Assembly (NCBI GenBank): GCA_023137045.1
Contig: JAGLQB010000001.1
Location: 1-51,972 of the forward strand
Length of the DNA stretch: 51,972 nucleotides
Direction of reading: 5' to 3'
Source of the DNA: Candidatus Pacearchaeota archaeon
Lineage (GTDB): Archaea; Nanobdellota; Nanobdellia; Pacearchaeales; GW2011-AR1
Below the pieces are notes generated by a model. It was not told the origin of the DNA. It searched no databases and saw nothing but the letters and a program-made list of their open reading frames with translations. Within the stretch, counting starts at the first letter, position 1. Each line of letters opens with the position of its first letter. This document shows, piece by piece, positions 8,765-18,206 of the stretch. The position numbers and the translations under genes were made by a program.

Positions 8765-9511
8765 ATGTTAAAAGATTTTCTTAAGGAAGTTGTAGTTATT
8801 GTCGCTGGAAAACAAGCAGAAGAAATAGCAGGTTTACTTGATAATAAGAAGCATGTAAATGAATTTTTAATCGCCAAAAAAATGGAGATAACAATAAATC
8901 AAACTAGAAATATTCTCTATAAAATTTCTGATCATGGTCTTGTATCTTTTATCAGAAAAAAAGACAAGAAAAAGGGATGGTATACTTATTTTTGGAAAAT
9001 TGAAGTTCTTAAATCTTTAGAATTTTTAAAGGAAATTTTGGTGAAGAATATAAACCAAATAGAACACCAGATAAAAAGTAGAGAAGCAAAGAGGTTTTAT
9101 ATTTGTGAGAGGTGTAATATTGAATTTAACGAGGAGAATGCTTTGCTTCACAATTTTACTTGTGATGATTGTGGGGATCTTTTTGTTATTAAAGATAATT
9201 CTAAAGTTCTTAGAGATTTTGATAGAAATTTAAATAAGCTGAAAAAAGAATTAGAACTTGTTGAAAAAGATATCCAAGAAGAACAAGAAAAAATAGACAA
9301 GAAAAAGGAAAGGGAATTTAAGAAAGAACAGAAGGAGAAAGCAGAAGCTAAGAAAAAAGCAAAAGAGAAATTAGTTAAGAAAACTCCAAAAAAATCTGTG
9401 GTGAAAAAAGAAAAAACTAAAAAAACTCTTCGAAAGAAAGCAACTAAAAAAAAGCTAGTTAAGAAAACTTCTAATAAAAAGAAAACTAAATCTGTGAAGA
9501 AAAAGAAATAA
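8765..9511 (+). CDS. tfe: transcription factor E (TFE/TFIIE-alpha-like) with a lysine-rich C-terminal tail
   Basis: Winged-helix segment (INQTRNILYKISDHGLVSF...KGWYTYFW) and zinc ribbon CERCN...CDDCG, followed by a tail of about 70 aa rich in K/E. The alternative start is at 8741. Confidence 0.8.
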   Translation: MLKDFLKEVVVIVAGKQAEEIAGLLDNKKHVNEFLIAKKMEITINQTRNILYKISDHGLVSFIRKKDKKKGWYTYFWKIEVLKSLEFLKEILVKNINQIEHQIKSREAKRFYICERCNIEFNEENALLHNFTCDDCGDLFVIKDNSKVLRDFDRNLNKLKKELELVEKDIQEEQEKIDKKKEREFKKEQKEKAEAKKKAKEKLVKKTPKKSVVKKEKTKKTLRKKATKKKLVKKTSNKKKTKSVKKKK

Positions 9512-9519
9512 CTTTTCAA

Positions 9520-10224
9520 ATGATTCAAGTTTATAAAATTCCTCCTAAGAGAAAAAAAAATTTTCTTGGAAATTTAAGCGCCACTAAATTACTTGTTTTA
9601 ATGAATGTAGTTTTTTTTGTTCTTGTAAGTTTGGGGTTGTCTTTTTATTCTGGTTTTTTTGAATATATTGCTTTAAAGCCCGCTAATATTTTTCAGTTAA
9701 AATATCTCGGGACATTTTTAACAAGCATGTTTATGCATGGAGGGATTTTTCATTTACTTGTTAATATGTTTGTTCTTTTTAGTTTGGGCGGGATGATGGA
9801 GAAAATTATCGGCAAGAAAAGATTTTTAGGGTTTTATTTAATTTCAGGATTAATTGCAGGGTTGTTATTTGTTTTTCTTTCTTATTTTTTTGGGGGAACT
9901 GCTTTAGGTGAAAGAATTTTTGGGAGTCCTTTAATTTCTGCAGTTGGAGCTTCTGGGGCTATTTTTGCAATTGCAGGTTTGTTTATGGTTTTGACTCCTA
10001 AACTTAAATTTATGATAATTTTCTTACCTTTTTTCTCTTTGCCTGCTTATATTATGATCCCTCTTGTTTTGTTTGGAACATGGTTGATATCTTCATCAAC
10101 TTCTCTTCCTATTGGTAATACTGCACATTTTGGGGGATTTTTATGCGGTGTTTTTTATGGGTTATACTTAAGAAAAAAATATCCTAGAAAAACCAAAATG
10201 TTAAGTGAGCATTTTTCAAAATAA
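9520..10224 (+). CDS. rhomboid-family intramembrane serine protease
   Basis: Multi-TM protein with MHGGIFHLLVNM, GASGAIFAIAG (catalytic Ser) and HFGGFLCG (catalytic His). Confidence 0.9.
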   Translation: MIQVYKIPPKRKKNFLGNLSATKLLVLMNVVFFVLVSLGLSFYSGFFEYIALKPANIFQLKYLGTFLTSMFMHGGIFHLLVNMFVLFSLGGMMEKIIGKKRFLGFYLISGLIAGLLFVFLSYFFGGTALGERIFGSPLISAVGASGAIFAIAGLFMVLTPKLKFMIIFLPFFSLPAYIMIPLVLFGTWLISSSTSLPIGNTAHFGGFLCGVFYGLYLRKKYPRKTKMLSEHFSK

Positions 10225-10225
10225 A

Positions 10226-11107
10226 ATGGAAAAGAATATAAAAATAATTGATAAACTTGTTAATTCTTATTCTAAGCCTTTTTTTAGAGCAAGTGGAATA
10301 CTCAGATTAATTTGTTCTATTTTAATTTTAATAGGGTGTATTTTTGCTCTTTTTTTAATTAGGGATGTTGAAACTATTAGTTTAAAAAACTTTTTTCTTT
10401 TGATGGGGTTGGTAGCTTGGATATTGTTTTTTGGTTACATTCTCTGGAGAGGGTCGCAAAAAGCTAAGAAAGATGGAAAAAAGAAAAATTTAGCGGGGCA
10501 ATGCAAAGAAGTTTTGGAAGAGAAGAAAGAAGAATTTAGTTTGAAGGAACAATACAAAAAAAGTTTTGATTATCTTAAGAAGTCAAAAAATTTCATTTAT
10601 TCTATAATTGGAATATTTTTTCTTTTTGCTTTAATTGGTTTTTTTGTCCCTGTTCCGGATTCTATTTCAGAGCAAATTTTAGAATTTATTCAAGAATTGA
10701 TTAAGCAAATTGAAGGAATGTCTCAAGGAGAATTAATTAGTTTTATTTTTTTAAATAATTTGCAAAGTAGTTTTTATTCAATGATTTTTGGGGTTGTTCT
10801 AGGAATATTGCCAATAATTGCAGTAGTTGCTAATGGTTATCTCTTGGGATTTGTTGCTTCTTTAAGTGTTCAAAGTGAAGGATTTTTGGTTTTGTGGAGA
10901 TTATTTCCTCATGGAATTTTTGAATTACCTGCTATTTTTATTTCCCTTGGTTTGGGTTTGAAATTAGGGACATTTATTTTTCAGAAAGAGAAATTAAAAT
11001 CATTAAAGAATTATGTTTTAAACTCATTAAGGGTTTTTATTTTAATAGTCGTCCCTCTTTTGATTATTGCAGGAATTATAGAAGGCAGTCTTATAGCCCT
11101 TTTTTAA
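10226..11107 (+). CDS. SpoIIM/DUF95-family membrane protein
   Basis: FLNNLQSSF, ANGYLLGF and LFPHGIFELPAIFISLGLG. The ATG at 10226 is preferred over the GTG at 10205. Confidence 0.8.
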   Translation: MEKNIKIIDKLVNSYSKPFFRASGILRLICSILILIGCIFALFLIRDVETISLKNFFLLMGLVAWILFFGYILWRGSQKAKKDGKKKNLAGQCKEVLEEKKEEFSLKEQYKKSFDYLKKSKNFIYSIIGIFFLFALIGFFVPVPDSISEQILEFIQELIKQIEGMSQGELISFIFLNNLQSSFYSMIFGVVLGILPIIAVVANGYLLGFVASLSVQSEGFLVLWRLFPHGIFELPAIFISLGLGLKLGTFIFQKEKLKSLKNYVLNSLRVFILIVVPLLIIAGIIEGSLIALF

Positions 11108-11311
11108 TTATTCTTTTAAGTCACTTATTCCTAAAACAATAAGAAGTAAACCAATCATAACCATAAACCACACAAGTCCTCCTTTAAGAAATTCCCATGC
11201 TGCGTGTTTGAAATTCCAGAAATTTCCCCAGAGGTCTCCAGAAAAATATGCAGTTAAGATTATTCCATTTAGGAAAATTAGTCCTAATAAAATCTTAAAC
11301 CATTTATTCAT
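11108..11311 (-). CDS. small two-TM membrane protein
   Basis: 67-aa ORF with two hydrophobic helices and no recognisable motif. Confidence 0.45.
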   Translation of the reverse strand: MNKWFKILLGLIFLNGIILTAYFSGDLWGNFWNFKHAAWEFLKGGLVWFMVMIGLLLIVLGISDLKE

Positions 11312-11472
11312 TGTATTATTTTCTATGTAGTTTTATTTAAAAAGATTTATATGGTTGAGTCAAATCAATAATTTTTTAAACTCTTTTTGTTCCTGGGTTT
11401 TATGGAAAAGGTAGAATTTATTGTTAAGGCAATTCCTATTTCTAATTAATTTTAGTTGTAACTCTTTTTAAA

Positions 11473-12447
11473 ATGAAAAAAGTTAAAGATTTTTTATGGA
11501 AGCAGGCTATGTCTGTTGAAGAGATTGTAGATAGTTTTGGTTCTTTAGGTTATCAGGCGATTGAATTGGGGGAAGCAGCAAAGGTTGTTTTGAAAATGAA
11601 GCGTTCTGGAGCTAAAATTTTCTTGACTTTTACTTCAAATATGGTTACTTCTGGATTAAGAGGTTTTTTTGCTCAATTGTGTGAATTAAAGATACCAGAT
11701 ATTTTAGTTACAACTTCTGGTTCAATTGAAGAAGATATTATGAAATCTGTTGGAGAGGATTTTGAAATTATTAATTTTAATGCAGATGATACTGCTTTAC
11801 ATGAAAGAGGAGAGAATCGTGTTGGGAATTTGATGATTCATACTGAAAGTTATATGAAATTTGAAGATAAAATAGGAAAGTTCTTATCTGAAATTTATCA
11901 AAAAAAGAAGTCCCATGGGGATGACCCTAACGGGCCTCGAATTTGTGCTTCTGAATTGTTAAATGAAATTGGTTTGATGTTGGAAGATAAGAATTCAGTT
12001 TTATATCAGGCAGCTAAAAATAATATTCCTATTTATTGTCCTGGAATTGCAGATTCTGCTTTTGGTTTTCAGCTTTATATGTTCCAGCAAAAGCATCCTG
12101 ATTTTATTGTTGATACAATTAAAGATATGGAAAGAGTAACTGTTGATTTAAGTTTTGATGAAAAAAAAGGTTTGATTTCTTTGGGAGGAAGTATTTCAAA
12201 ACATTATGCAATTTTTTCTGCAATGTTGAGTGGGGGTTTTGATTATGCTGTTTATATGACAACAAGTCATGCATCATCTGGATCAATGAGCGGTGCTACA
12301 ACTCAGGAAGCTAAATCTTGGGGAAAATTAAAAGATGATGCACAAGCAGCGACTGTGAATGGGGACGTTACAATTACTTTTCCATTAATGATGTGTAGTG
12401 TTTTGGATAAAATGAAAAGGGAGGGATTGTTGGAAAATCGAAGCTAA
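11473..12447 (+). CDS. dys: deoxyhypusine synthase
   Basis: GYQAIELGEA, TSNMVTSGLRG, VTTSGSIEEDI and GGSISKH, at a length typical of archaeal DHS. Confidence 0.9.
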   Translation: MKKVKDFLWKQAMSVEEIVDSFGSLGYQAIELGEAAKVVLKMKRSGAKIFLTFTSNMVTSGLRGFFAQLCELKIPDILVTTSGSIEEDIMKSVGEDFEIINFNADDTALHERGENRVGNLMIHTESYMKFEDKIGKFLSEIYQKKKSHGDDPNGPRICASELLNEIGLMLEDKNSVLYQAAKNNIPIYCPGIADSAFGFQLYMFQQKHPDFIVDTIKDMERVTVDLSFDEKKGLISLGGSISKHYAIFSAMLSGGFDYAVYMTTSHASSGSMSGATTQEAKSWGKLKDDAQAATVNGDVTITFPLMMCSVLDKMKREGLLENRS

Positions 12448-12472
12448 ATTCATTCTCTCAAAAGAAAAACTT

Positions 12473-13477
12473 TTGAATCAGATTAAAATTCTTGAAGATT
12501 TGGGGTTAAAAATTTCTTATAGTTATAAAACAAACAGAGAAGTTGGAAATGTTTTGCAAGAAATTTGTGATTGCGATATTTCAATTCATGCTAAAGAAGA
12601 AATTGATATGATTAAAGATAAATCAAAAATTTGGTTTTTTATTCAGGCAGAATCTGAACAAGAACTGAAAGAGATTCTGAAAAAAGGTGTAAGGAATTTG
12701 GTTATTGATAATGAAATAGATTTAGAGAGAATTTTAAATGCAATAAAAAAAGATGGGGTTCGCATTAATCTTTCATTAAGAATGAAATTCCAGGAACATA
12801 GAATTGGTTCTGGGAAATATTTTGTTTATGGGATGAGTTCTAAAAAAGTAAATGAAATAATTAAAGATATTGAGGATAATCCTCTTATTGGCAAATTAGG
12901 AATTCATATTCATAGAAAATCTCAGAATACAAGTGAGTGGGAAATTAAAGATGAAATTGAAGACTCTTTAACAAAGGAGAGTTTGGAAAGAATTAATTTT
13001 TTTAATTTTGGGGGGGGCCTCCCAACTGAATATAGAAGCTACATCTCAAAAATTCTGCCGTATATTTTTGAAAAGATAATCAATGCAAAAGAATTTCTTA
13101 AACAGCACGAAATTGAATCTTATATTGAGCCAGGAAGATTTTTAGCAGGACCTTGTATAAAGCTTCAAACAGAAATCATCCAAATTTATGATGGAAATCT
13201 TATTCTTAATACCACAGTATATAATTGTGCATTGGATGCGGTATTATTGGATATGAGAATGTTAGTGGAAAAAGAGTTGAACGAGTCTGAAGGTGGAAAA
13301 TATTATTTGCTTAAGGGAAATAGCCCAACAAGAGATGATATTTTTAGATACAAAGTTAAATTGCAAAATCCCCAAGTTGGAGATAGAATTATTTTCTTAA
13401 ATGCTGGTGCGTATAATTATACAACAGATTTTTTTGGGTACAAGAAGTTGAAAACTGAAATTAAAGAAAATTTTTGA
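12473..13477 (+). CDS. PLP-dependent Orn/DAP/Arg decarboxylase-fold enzyme (group IV), short form
   Basis: YSYKTN (PLP lysine), FNFGGGLP, YIEPGRFLAGP and a C-x-x-D segment. It has a TTG start in the ORF track and lies immediately downstream of dys. Confidence 0.75.
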   Translation: MNQIKILEDLGLKISYSYKTNREVGNVLQEICDCDISIHAKEEIDMIKDKSKIWFFIQAESEQELKEILKKGVRNLVIDNEIDLERILNAIKKDGVRINLSLRMKFQEHRIGSGKYFVYGMSSKKVNEIIKDIEDNPLIGKLGIHIHRKSQNTSEWEIKDEIEDSLTKESLERINFFNFGGGLPTEYRSYISKILPYIFEKIINAKEFLKQHEIESYIEPGRFLAGPCIKLQTEIIQIYDGNLILNTTVYNCALDAVLLDMRMLVEKELNESEGGKYYLLKGNSPTRDDIFRYKVKLQNPQVGDRIIFLNAGAYNYTTDFFGYKKLKTEIKENF

Positions 13478-13522
13478 TTAATTTAGGTAAAAATTTATAT
13501 ATCTGAAGCAATTTTTACTTTT

Positions 13523-14596
13523 ATGCAAGAAATATTGAATGGAATTTCCAAAAAAATTGCAAGTAAGGATAAAGATGATTTTATTAATGTTCTAAAAATG
13601 TTTTCTCCCGGAACTTCTATTCGTTCTGCTCTTGATGATATTTTAAGAGCTAGGATGGGCGCGTTAATTGCAATTGATGCCCCAGAACTTTCTAAAATTC
13701 TTGAAGGAGGTTTTAAAGTTAATTGCAAATTTAGTTCCCAAAAACTTGTAGAACTTGCTAAGATGGATGGTGCGATTATTCTTTCAAAGGACTTAAAAAA
13801 AATTCTATATGCAAATACCCTTCTTTTTCCAAGTATTAGTATATCAACAAAGGAAACAGGGACAAGACATAAAGCGGCAGAAAGAACTGCGAACCAAATA
13901 AAGACGATTGTTATTGCTGTGTCTGAAAGAAAAAATAAAATTACTATTTATTACAAACATGTAAAGTATGAATTAGAAATAAGTTCAGAAGTTTTAAGAA
14001 GGGCTGCGGAAACCTTACAAATTTTAGAAAAGCAAAAGGATATCCTTAACGATATAATGATTAATATTAATATCTTGGAAATAAATAATCTAGTAACAAT
14101 AAGTGATGTTTGCGAAGTTTTACAAAGGATGGAGATGATAAGGAGGATTTCAGATGTGGTTAAAAGATATTTAGTTGAGTTAGGTAAAGAAGGAAATATT
14201 ATGAGTATGAGACTAAAGGAATTGACAAAGAATCTTAATAAAGAAAGACAAATGGTATTAATGGATTATTTTCAATCAAAATATTCCCATCCAGATAATA
14301 TCCTTAAAAATATTGATTTTGATACATTGCTCGAGGTTTCCAATCTTTCAAAAATTCTTTTTGAGGAAGTTCATGATAAATCAATTTTTCCAAGAGGTAT
14401 AAGGATTTTAAGTAAAACAAATCTGTCTAGTAAGGATATTAAATCTTTAATAAACAATTTTAAAGTTTTTAATCAAATTTTTAATGCAGAGGTGGATTCT
14501 TTGATGAATGTCCTTAAAAATAAAGATGTAGTTAATTCCTTGGTTCAAGATTTGGATGTTTTAAAAGAAAAAATTTTGATAGGAAAAAAATTTTGA
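13523..14596 (+). CDS. disA: DisA-type diadenylate cyclase (DAC domain + helical linker + HhH-like C-terminus)
   Basis: FSPGTSIRSALDDILRARMGALIAI, AKMDGAIILSKDLKKILYANTLL, TGTRHKAAERTA and VIAVSERKNKITIYY. The 357-aa length and domain order match bacterial DisA. Confidence 0.85.
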   Translation: MQEILNGISKKIASKDKDDFINVLKMFSPGTSIRSALDDILRARMGALIAIDAPELSKILEGGFKVNCKFSSQKLVELAKMDGAIILSKDLKKILYANTLLFPSISISTKETGTRHKAAERTANQIKTIVIAVSERKNKITIYYKHVKYELEISSEVLRRAAETLQILEKQKDILNDIMININILEINNLVTISDVCEVLQRMEMIRRISDVVKRYLVELGKEGNIMSMRLKELTKNLNKERQMVLMDYFQSKYSHPDNILKNIDFDTLLEVSNLSKILFEEVHDKSIFPRGIRILSKTNLSSKDIKSLINNFKVFNQIFNAEVDSLMNVLKNKDVVNSLVQDLDVLKEKILIGKKF

Positions 14597-14641
14597 TAGA
14601 ATTTGCATAAGACTTATATATTAATAATTTTCACTTTAATC

Positions 14642-15685
14642 ATGTTAACTAAAAAACAAATAGATGAAATTAGGCAGCATCTTGATAAAGCTCAAAATCC
14701 AGTATTCTTTTTTGATAATGATCCTGATGGTCTTTGTTCATTTCTTTTATTACAAAGATACATTGAAAGAGGAAAAGGAGTACCAATTAAATCATTCCCA
14801 GAATTAACAGAAGATTATTTTAGGAAGGTTAATGAATTAAATGCAGACTATATTTTTATTTTAGATAAGCCAGTGGTTTCCCAAGAATTTTTTAAAAGAG
14901 TTGAGGAAATTAATATGCCAATAGTTTGGATAGACCATCACACTATAGACAAAAAACAGATTCCAGATTTTGTGCATTATTATAATCCTTTATTTAACAA
15001 AGACAAACATAATGAACCTGTGACTGTTCTTTGTCAACAGATAAATAATAACAAAAAAGATTTATGGCTCGCAGTAGTTGGAGGTATTTCAGACAAATTT
15101 GTGCCAGATTTTTATTCTGATTTTGAAAAAAGTTATCCTGAATTGTCAATTAAGTCAGAAAGTGCTTTTGAGATTTTTTATAATTCTCAAATTGGAAAGA
15201 TTGTAAAATTATTTAGTTTTGCGTTGAAAGACAAAACAACCAATGTGATAAATATGTTGAAATTTTTAATGAAAGTTAAAACTCCTTACGAAGTTTTGGA
15301 AAAAACCAGCAAGAATTATACAATGCATGAACGATTTGACCAGATTGATAGAAGATACCAGAAATTATTAATTAAAGCAGAAGAAATTTCAGTAGATTCA
15401 GAAAAAGTTTTGTTTTTTCAATATGGAGGTGATATGAGTATAAGCAGTGATTTAGCAAATGAATTGAATTATAGATTTCCAGAGAAAATTATCGTAGTTC
15501 TTTATTTCAAAGGGATAAAAGCAAATATTTCTGTTAGAGGCAAAAAGATAAAAGACAAAATTTTGGAAGCCATTAAAAATTTGGAAGGGGCTACAGGTGG
15601 TGGGCATGAAGATGCAGTTGGAGCACAAATTAATGTAGAAGATATAGAAAAATTCCGAGAGAAGCTTCTTGAGTTGGTGGAATAA
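14642..15685 (+). CDS. DHH/DHHA1-family phosphoesterase
   Basis: FFFDNDPDGLCS (motif I), FILDKP, WIDHHT (DHH) and GGGHEDAVGA (DHHA1). The ATG at 14642 is preferred over the TTG at 14603. Confidence 0.8.
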   Translation: MLTKKQIDEIRQHLDKAQNPVFFFDNDPDGLCSFLLLQRYIERGKGVPIKSFPELTEDYFRKVNELNADYIFILDKPVVSQEFFKRVEEINMPIVWIDHHTIDKKQIPDFVHYYNPLFNKDKHNEPVTVLCQQINNNKKDLWLAVVGGISDKFVPDFYSDFEKSYPELSIKSESAFEIFYNSQIGKIVKLFSFALKDKTTNVINMLKFLMKVKTPYEVLEKTSKNYTMHERFDQIDRRYQKLLIKAEEISVDSEKVLFFQYGGDMSISSDLANELNYRFPEKIIVVLYFKGIKANISVRGKKIKDKILEAIKNLEGATGGGHEDAVGAQINVEDIEKFREKLLELVE

Positions 15686-15721
15686 AATTATATTTTTTTC
15701 AAAAGAAAAATATTCTATCAG

Positions 15722-17167
15722 TTAATAGCTTTTCCCGACATAGACATGGTAATCTGCTTGTTTCTTGCACCAAATACATTTTTTATTATCTATGCTAGTT
15801 TGTTTTAAAGGAATATTAAGAGTTTTTGCTCCACCTGTTGCGTCTTTAATTTCATTTTCACAACCAATTTTTTTACATAATGGAATTAGTGCAATTTTTT
15901 TATTTTTTATTGCTTTCTGTAATTCACTTAAATTATCTGCTTTTGTTATTTTTGATTTGGATAACTTTTCCGCATTTGTACGAAGTTGATTTTGTATTTC
16001 GTCTAAAATTTTTGGAATTATTTTTTTCAAATTTGAAATTTTAGCAATTTGTTTTTTCCCATCATTTCTTTTTACAATAATGGCTTGTTTTTTTACAATA
16101 TCTTTTGGACCAATCTCAATCCTTATAGGTATACCCTTCAATTCCCACTCACTAAATTTCCATCCTGGAGAATATCCTTCCCTAACATCTAGTATTGGGT
16201 TAAAATGTTGAAGTTCTTTTTCCAACTTTTTTGCCTGCCCTATTATTTTTTTCTTATTGTCTTTTGCAAAGATTGGAACAATGACTATTTTATTTTCTGC
16301 TAATTTTGGTGGGATAACTAATCCTTTATCATCTGAATGTATTGCGAACATAATTCCCAGCATTCTTGTTGTTATCGCATATGTGGCTTGATAAGCATAC
16401 TGCTCTTTTCCATTTTCGTCTTTGAATTTAATGTTATATGCTTTGGCGAAATTTTGTCCGTCATCGTGAAAATCTGGACCCTGAATCGCTTTTCCGTTGG
16501 GCAATATTAATTCTATGGTGTATGTTTTTTCTGCTCCAGCAAATTTTTCTTTACTTGTTTTTTCTCCAATTAATCCTGGAAGTGCCATGTAATTTTTGAG
16601 AAAATTTGAATAAATTTTTAAGATAGCTTTTTTATCTTTTTCTAAATCTTTTGCATTTGAATAAGCATGATGCCCCTCATTCCATAAAAATTCTCTTGTT
16701 CGTAAAAATGGAACTGCGTGTTTAAATTCCCATCTTACTACATTATTCCATTGGTTCAATTTTAAAGGTAGGTCTTTCCAACTCCTAATCCATTTTGAAT
16801 AAGAATCATACATAATCGCTTCGCTGGTTGGTCTTACTGCAAGTTTTTCTTTTAGTTCTGTATTTCCAGTTTGAGTTACCCATGCAACTTCTGGAGCAAA
16901 ACCTTTAACATGGGTTTGTTCTTTTGATAATAAAGATTCTGGGATAAACAACGGGAAATAACAATTTTGAACCCCAATTTTTTTAAATTCACTATCAATT
17001 GTTTTCTGAATTTTTTCCCATATTTGATAAGATCTTGGTCTAAAAACAATAGAGCCAGAAACAGGACTATAATCTGCTAATTCTGATTTTAAAATTAGTT
17101 GTTGATACCATTCACTAAAATTTTCTTCTTTTTTTATTGTCAATCCTTCTTTATTTTTTTTTGCCAT
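15722..17167 (-). CDS. proS: prolyl-tRNA synthetase, archaeal/eukaryotic type
   Basis: AVRPTSEA, class II motifs, a C-terminal Cys-rich domain and a terminal Tyr (VGKSY). Confidence 0.95.
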   Translation of the reverse strand: MAKKNKEGLTIKKEENFSEWYQQLILKSELADYSPVSGSIVFRPRSYQIWEKIQKTIDSEFKKIGVQNCYFPLFIPESLLSKEQTHVKGFAPEVAWVTQTGNTELKEKLAVRPTSEAIMYDSYSKWIRSWKDLPLKLNQWNNVVRWEFKHAVPFLRTREFLWNEGHHAYSNAKDLEKDKKAILKIYSNFLKNYMALPGLIGEKTSKEKFAGAEKTYTIELILPNGKAIQGPDFHDDGQNFAKAYNIKFKDENGKEQYAYQATYAITTRMLGIMFAIHSDDKGLVIPPKLAENKIVIVPIFAKDNKKKIIGQAKKLEKELQHFNPILDVREGYSPGWKFSEWELKGIPIRIEIGPKDIVKKQAIIVKRNDGKKQIAKISNLKKIIPKILDEIQNQLRTNAEKLSKSKITKADNLSELQKAIKNKKIALIPLCKKIGCENEIKDATGGAKTLNIPLKQTSIDNKKCIWCKKQADYHVYVGKSY

Positions 17168-17168
17168 T

Positions 17169-18008
17169 TTAAGATATTAAAGTCTGTCCTGAAATTTCAT
17201 TAATAATGTTTTTTAAATAATTTGATTCTAATGCAAATCCAAGACTTTCTCCTTCTGCCACCTTAAAATTATTTATTCCTATAACTTTGCCTTTTGTGTT
17301 AATTAATGGACCTCCTGAATTCCCAGGATTTAATGGTGCATCTATCTGTACATATGCTTCTGCACTATTTATCCCTTTTCTATGAACACCTGAGACTATC
17401 CCACTTGTGACAGAAAAAAACAACCCACGAGGATGTCCTATTGTAATGACTTTTTCTGCAATTTGAGTATCATCTGAATCACCAAATCTTAGTCTATTAT
17501 AACTTCCTGAAATTTTTAATAAAGCAACATCAAAATGTTCGTTATAACCTATAATGTCTGCATTCATTGTATCTTGTCCATAAGTTATTGCTTGAATAGG
17601 TATCTCACCTTCTATAACATGGTAGTTTGTTACAACATAACCGTCGTCGGATATTATGAATCCTGTCCCTAACCCTGAAGTCTTTATTATCACAACAGAT
17701 TTTACTGCATCTTCAATTATCCCTGAGAAATCTTCTCCTGCAGATGCTTTTAGTAAATTCATTTCTAACTGAAGTGCTTCCTGACTCTCTTCTGCAAGTT
17801 CTTGTGTTTGTATTAAACTTTCTGCAATGACATTTATCTTGTTTTGAGTATCTTCGTCTAATTTAGAAATTTTGTTATTTAATGAATTGTATTCTAAGTT
17901 TTGTTTTATAAAAAGGGAATACAAAAAAATACTGCTGACTATCATAAAAATAACTATGACTGAAGTGAATCCACTGAGAATTATTTTGTGATGTCTTTTT
18001 AATGTCAT
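17169..18008 (-). CDS. membrane-anchored trypsin-like (HtrA/S1C) serine protease without a PDZ domain
   Basis: N-terminal TM helix. The triad is TNYHVI, DVALLKI and GNSGGPLIN. It lies 1 nt upstream of proS on the same strand. Confidence 0.85.
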   Translation of the reverse strand: MTLKRHHKIILSGFTSVIVIFMIVSSIFLYSLFIKQNLEYNSLNNKISKLDEDTQNKINVIAESLIQTQELAEESQEALQLEMNLLKASAGEDFSGIIEDAVKSVVIIKTSGLGTGFIISDDGYVVTNYHVIEGEIPIQAITYGQDTMNADIIGYNEHFDVALLKISGSYNRLRFGDSDDTQIAEKVITIGHPRGLFFSVTSGIVSGVHRKGINSAEAYVQIDAPLNPGNSGGPLINTKGKVIGINNFKVAEGESLGFALESNYLKNIINEISGQTLIS

Positions 18009-18051
18009 TTATTTACTAAAATATTAACATATAAAAACCTAACTTTATTCA

Positions 18052-18059
18052 TTTTATTA
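18052..18059 (+). promoter_or_regulatory. candidate TATA box for tRNA-Arg
   Basis: TTTTATTA ends 26 nt upstream of the tRNA 5' end. Confidence 0.3.
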
Positions 18060-18084
18060 GCTCAGAATAAATTTTTGAGACTTT

Positions 18085-18156
18085 GGGCTTATAGTCTAAT
18101 GGACAGGACGCCCGGCTTCGGACCGAGTAATGGGGGTTCGACTCCCTCTAAGCCCA
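18085..18156 (+). tRNA. tRNA-Arg (anticodon TCG)
   Basis: Hand-folded cloverleaf. The acceptor is GGGCTTA/TAAGCCC, the D stem GTCT/GGAC, the anticodon loop CTTCGGA and the T arm GGGGG-TTCGACT-CCCTC, with discriminator A. No CCA is encoded. Confidence 0.9.
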
Positions 18157-18206
18157 TGATTTTTATATTTGCAAATATTTTTATATCTGTTTCATTTCTT
18201 TTTTTC

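Noticed and set aside
9290-9511. Repetitive-looking aaa/aag-rich tract considered as a repeat array or CRISPR
   Set aside because: There is no regular repeat-spacer periodicity. It is in frame with TFE and encodes a K/E-rich tail. No CRISPR array was seen anywhere in the window.
9148-9528. 126-aa minus-strand ORF
   Set aside because: It is the mirror image of the lysine-rich tail of TFE. AAG/AAA codons read as F/L/S on the other strand.
13495-13728. 77-aa minus-strand ORF
   Set aside because: It is antisense to the start of disA. It has no motif.
18075-18206. N-terminal 44 codons of the track ORF for gatD
   Set aside because: This stretch is occupied by tRNA-Arg (18085-18156). The GatD homology begins at MVNKP (18207).
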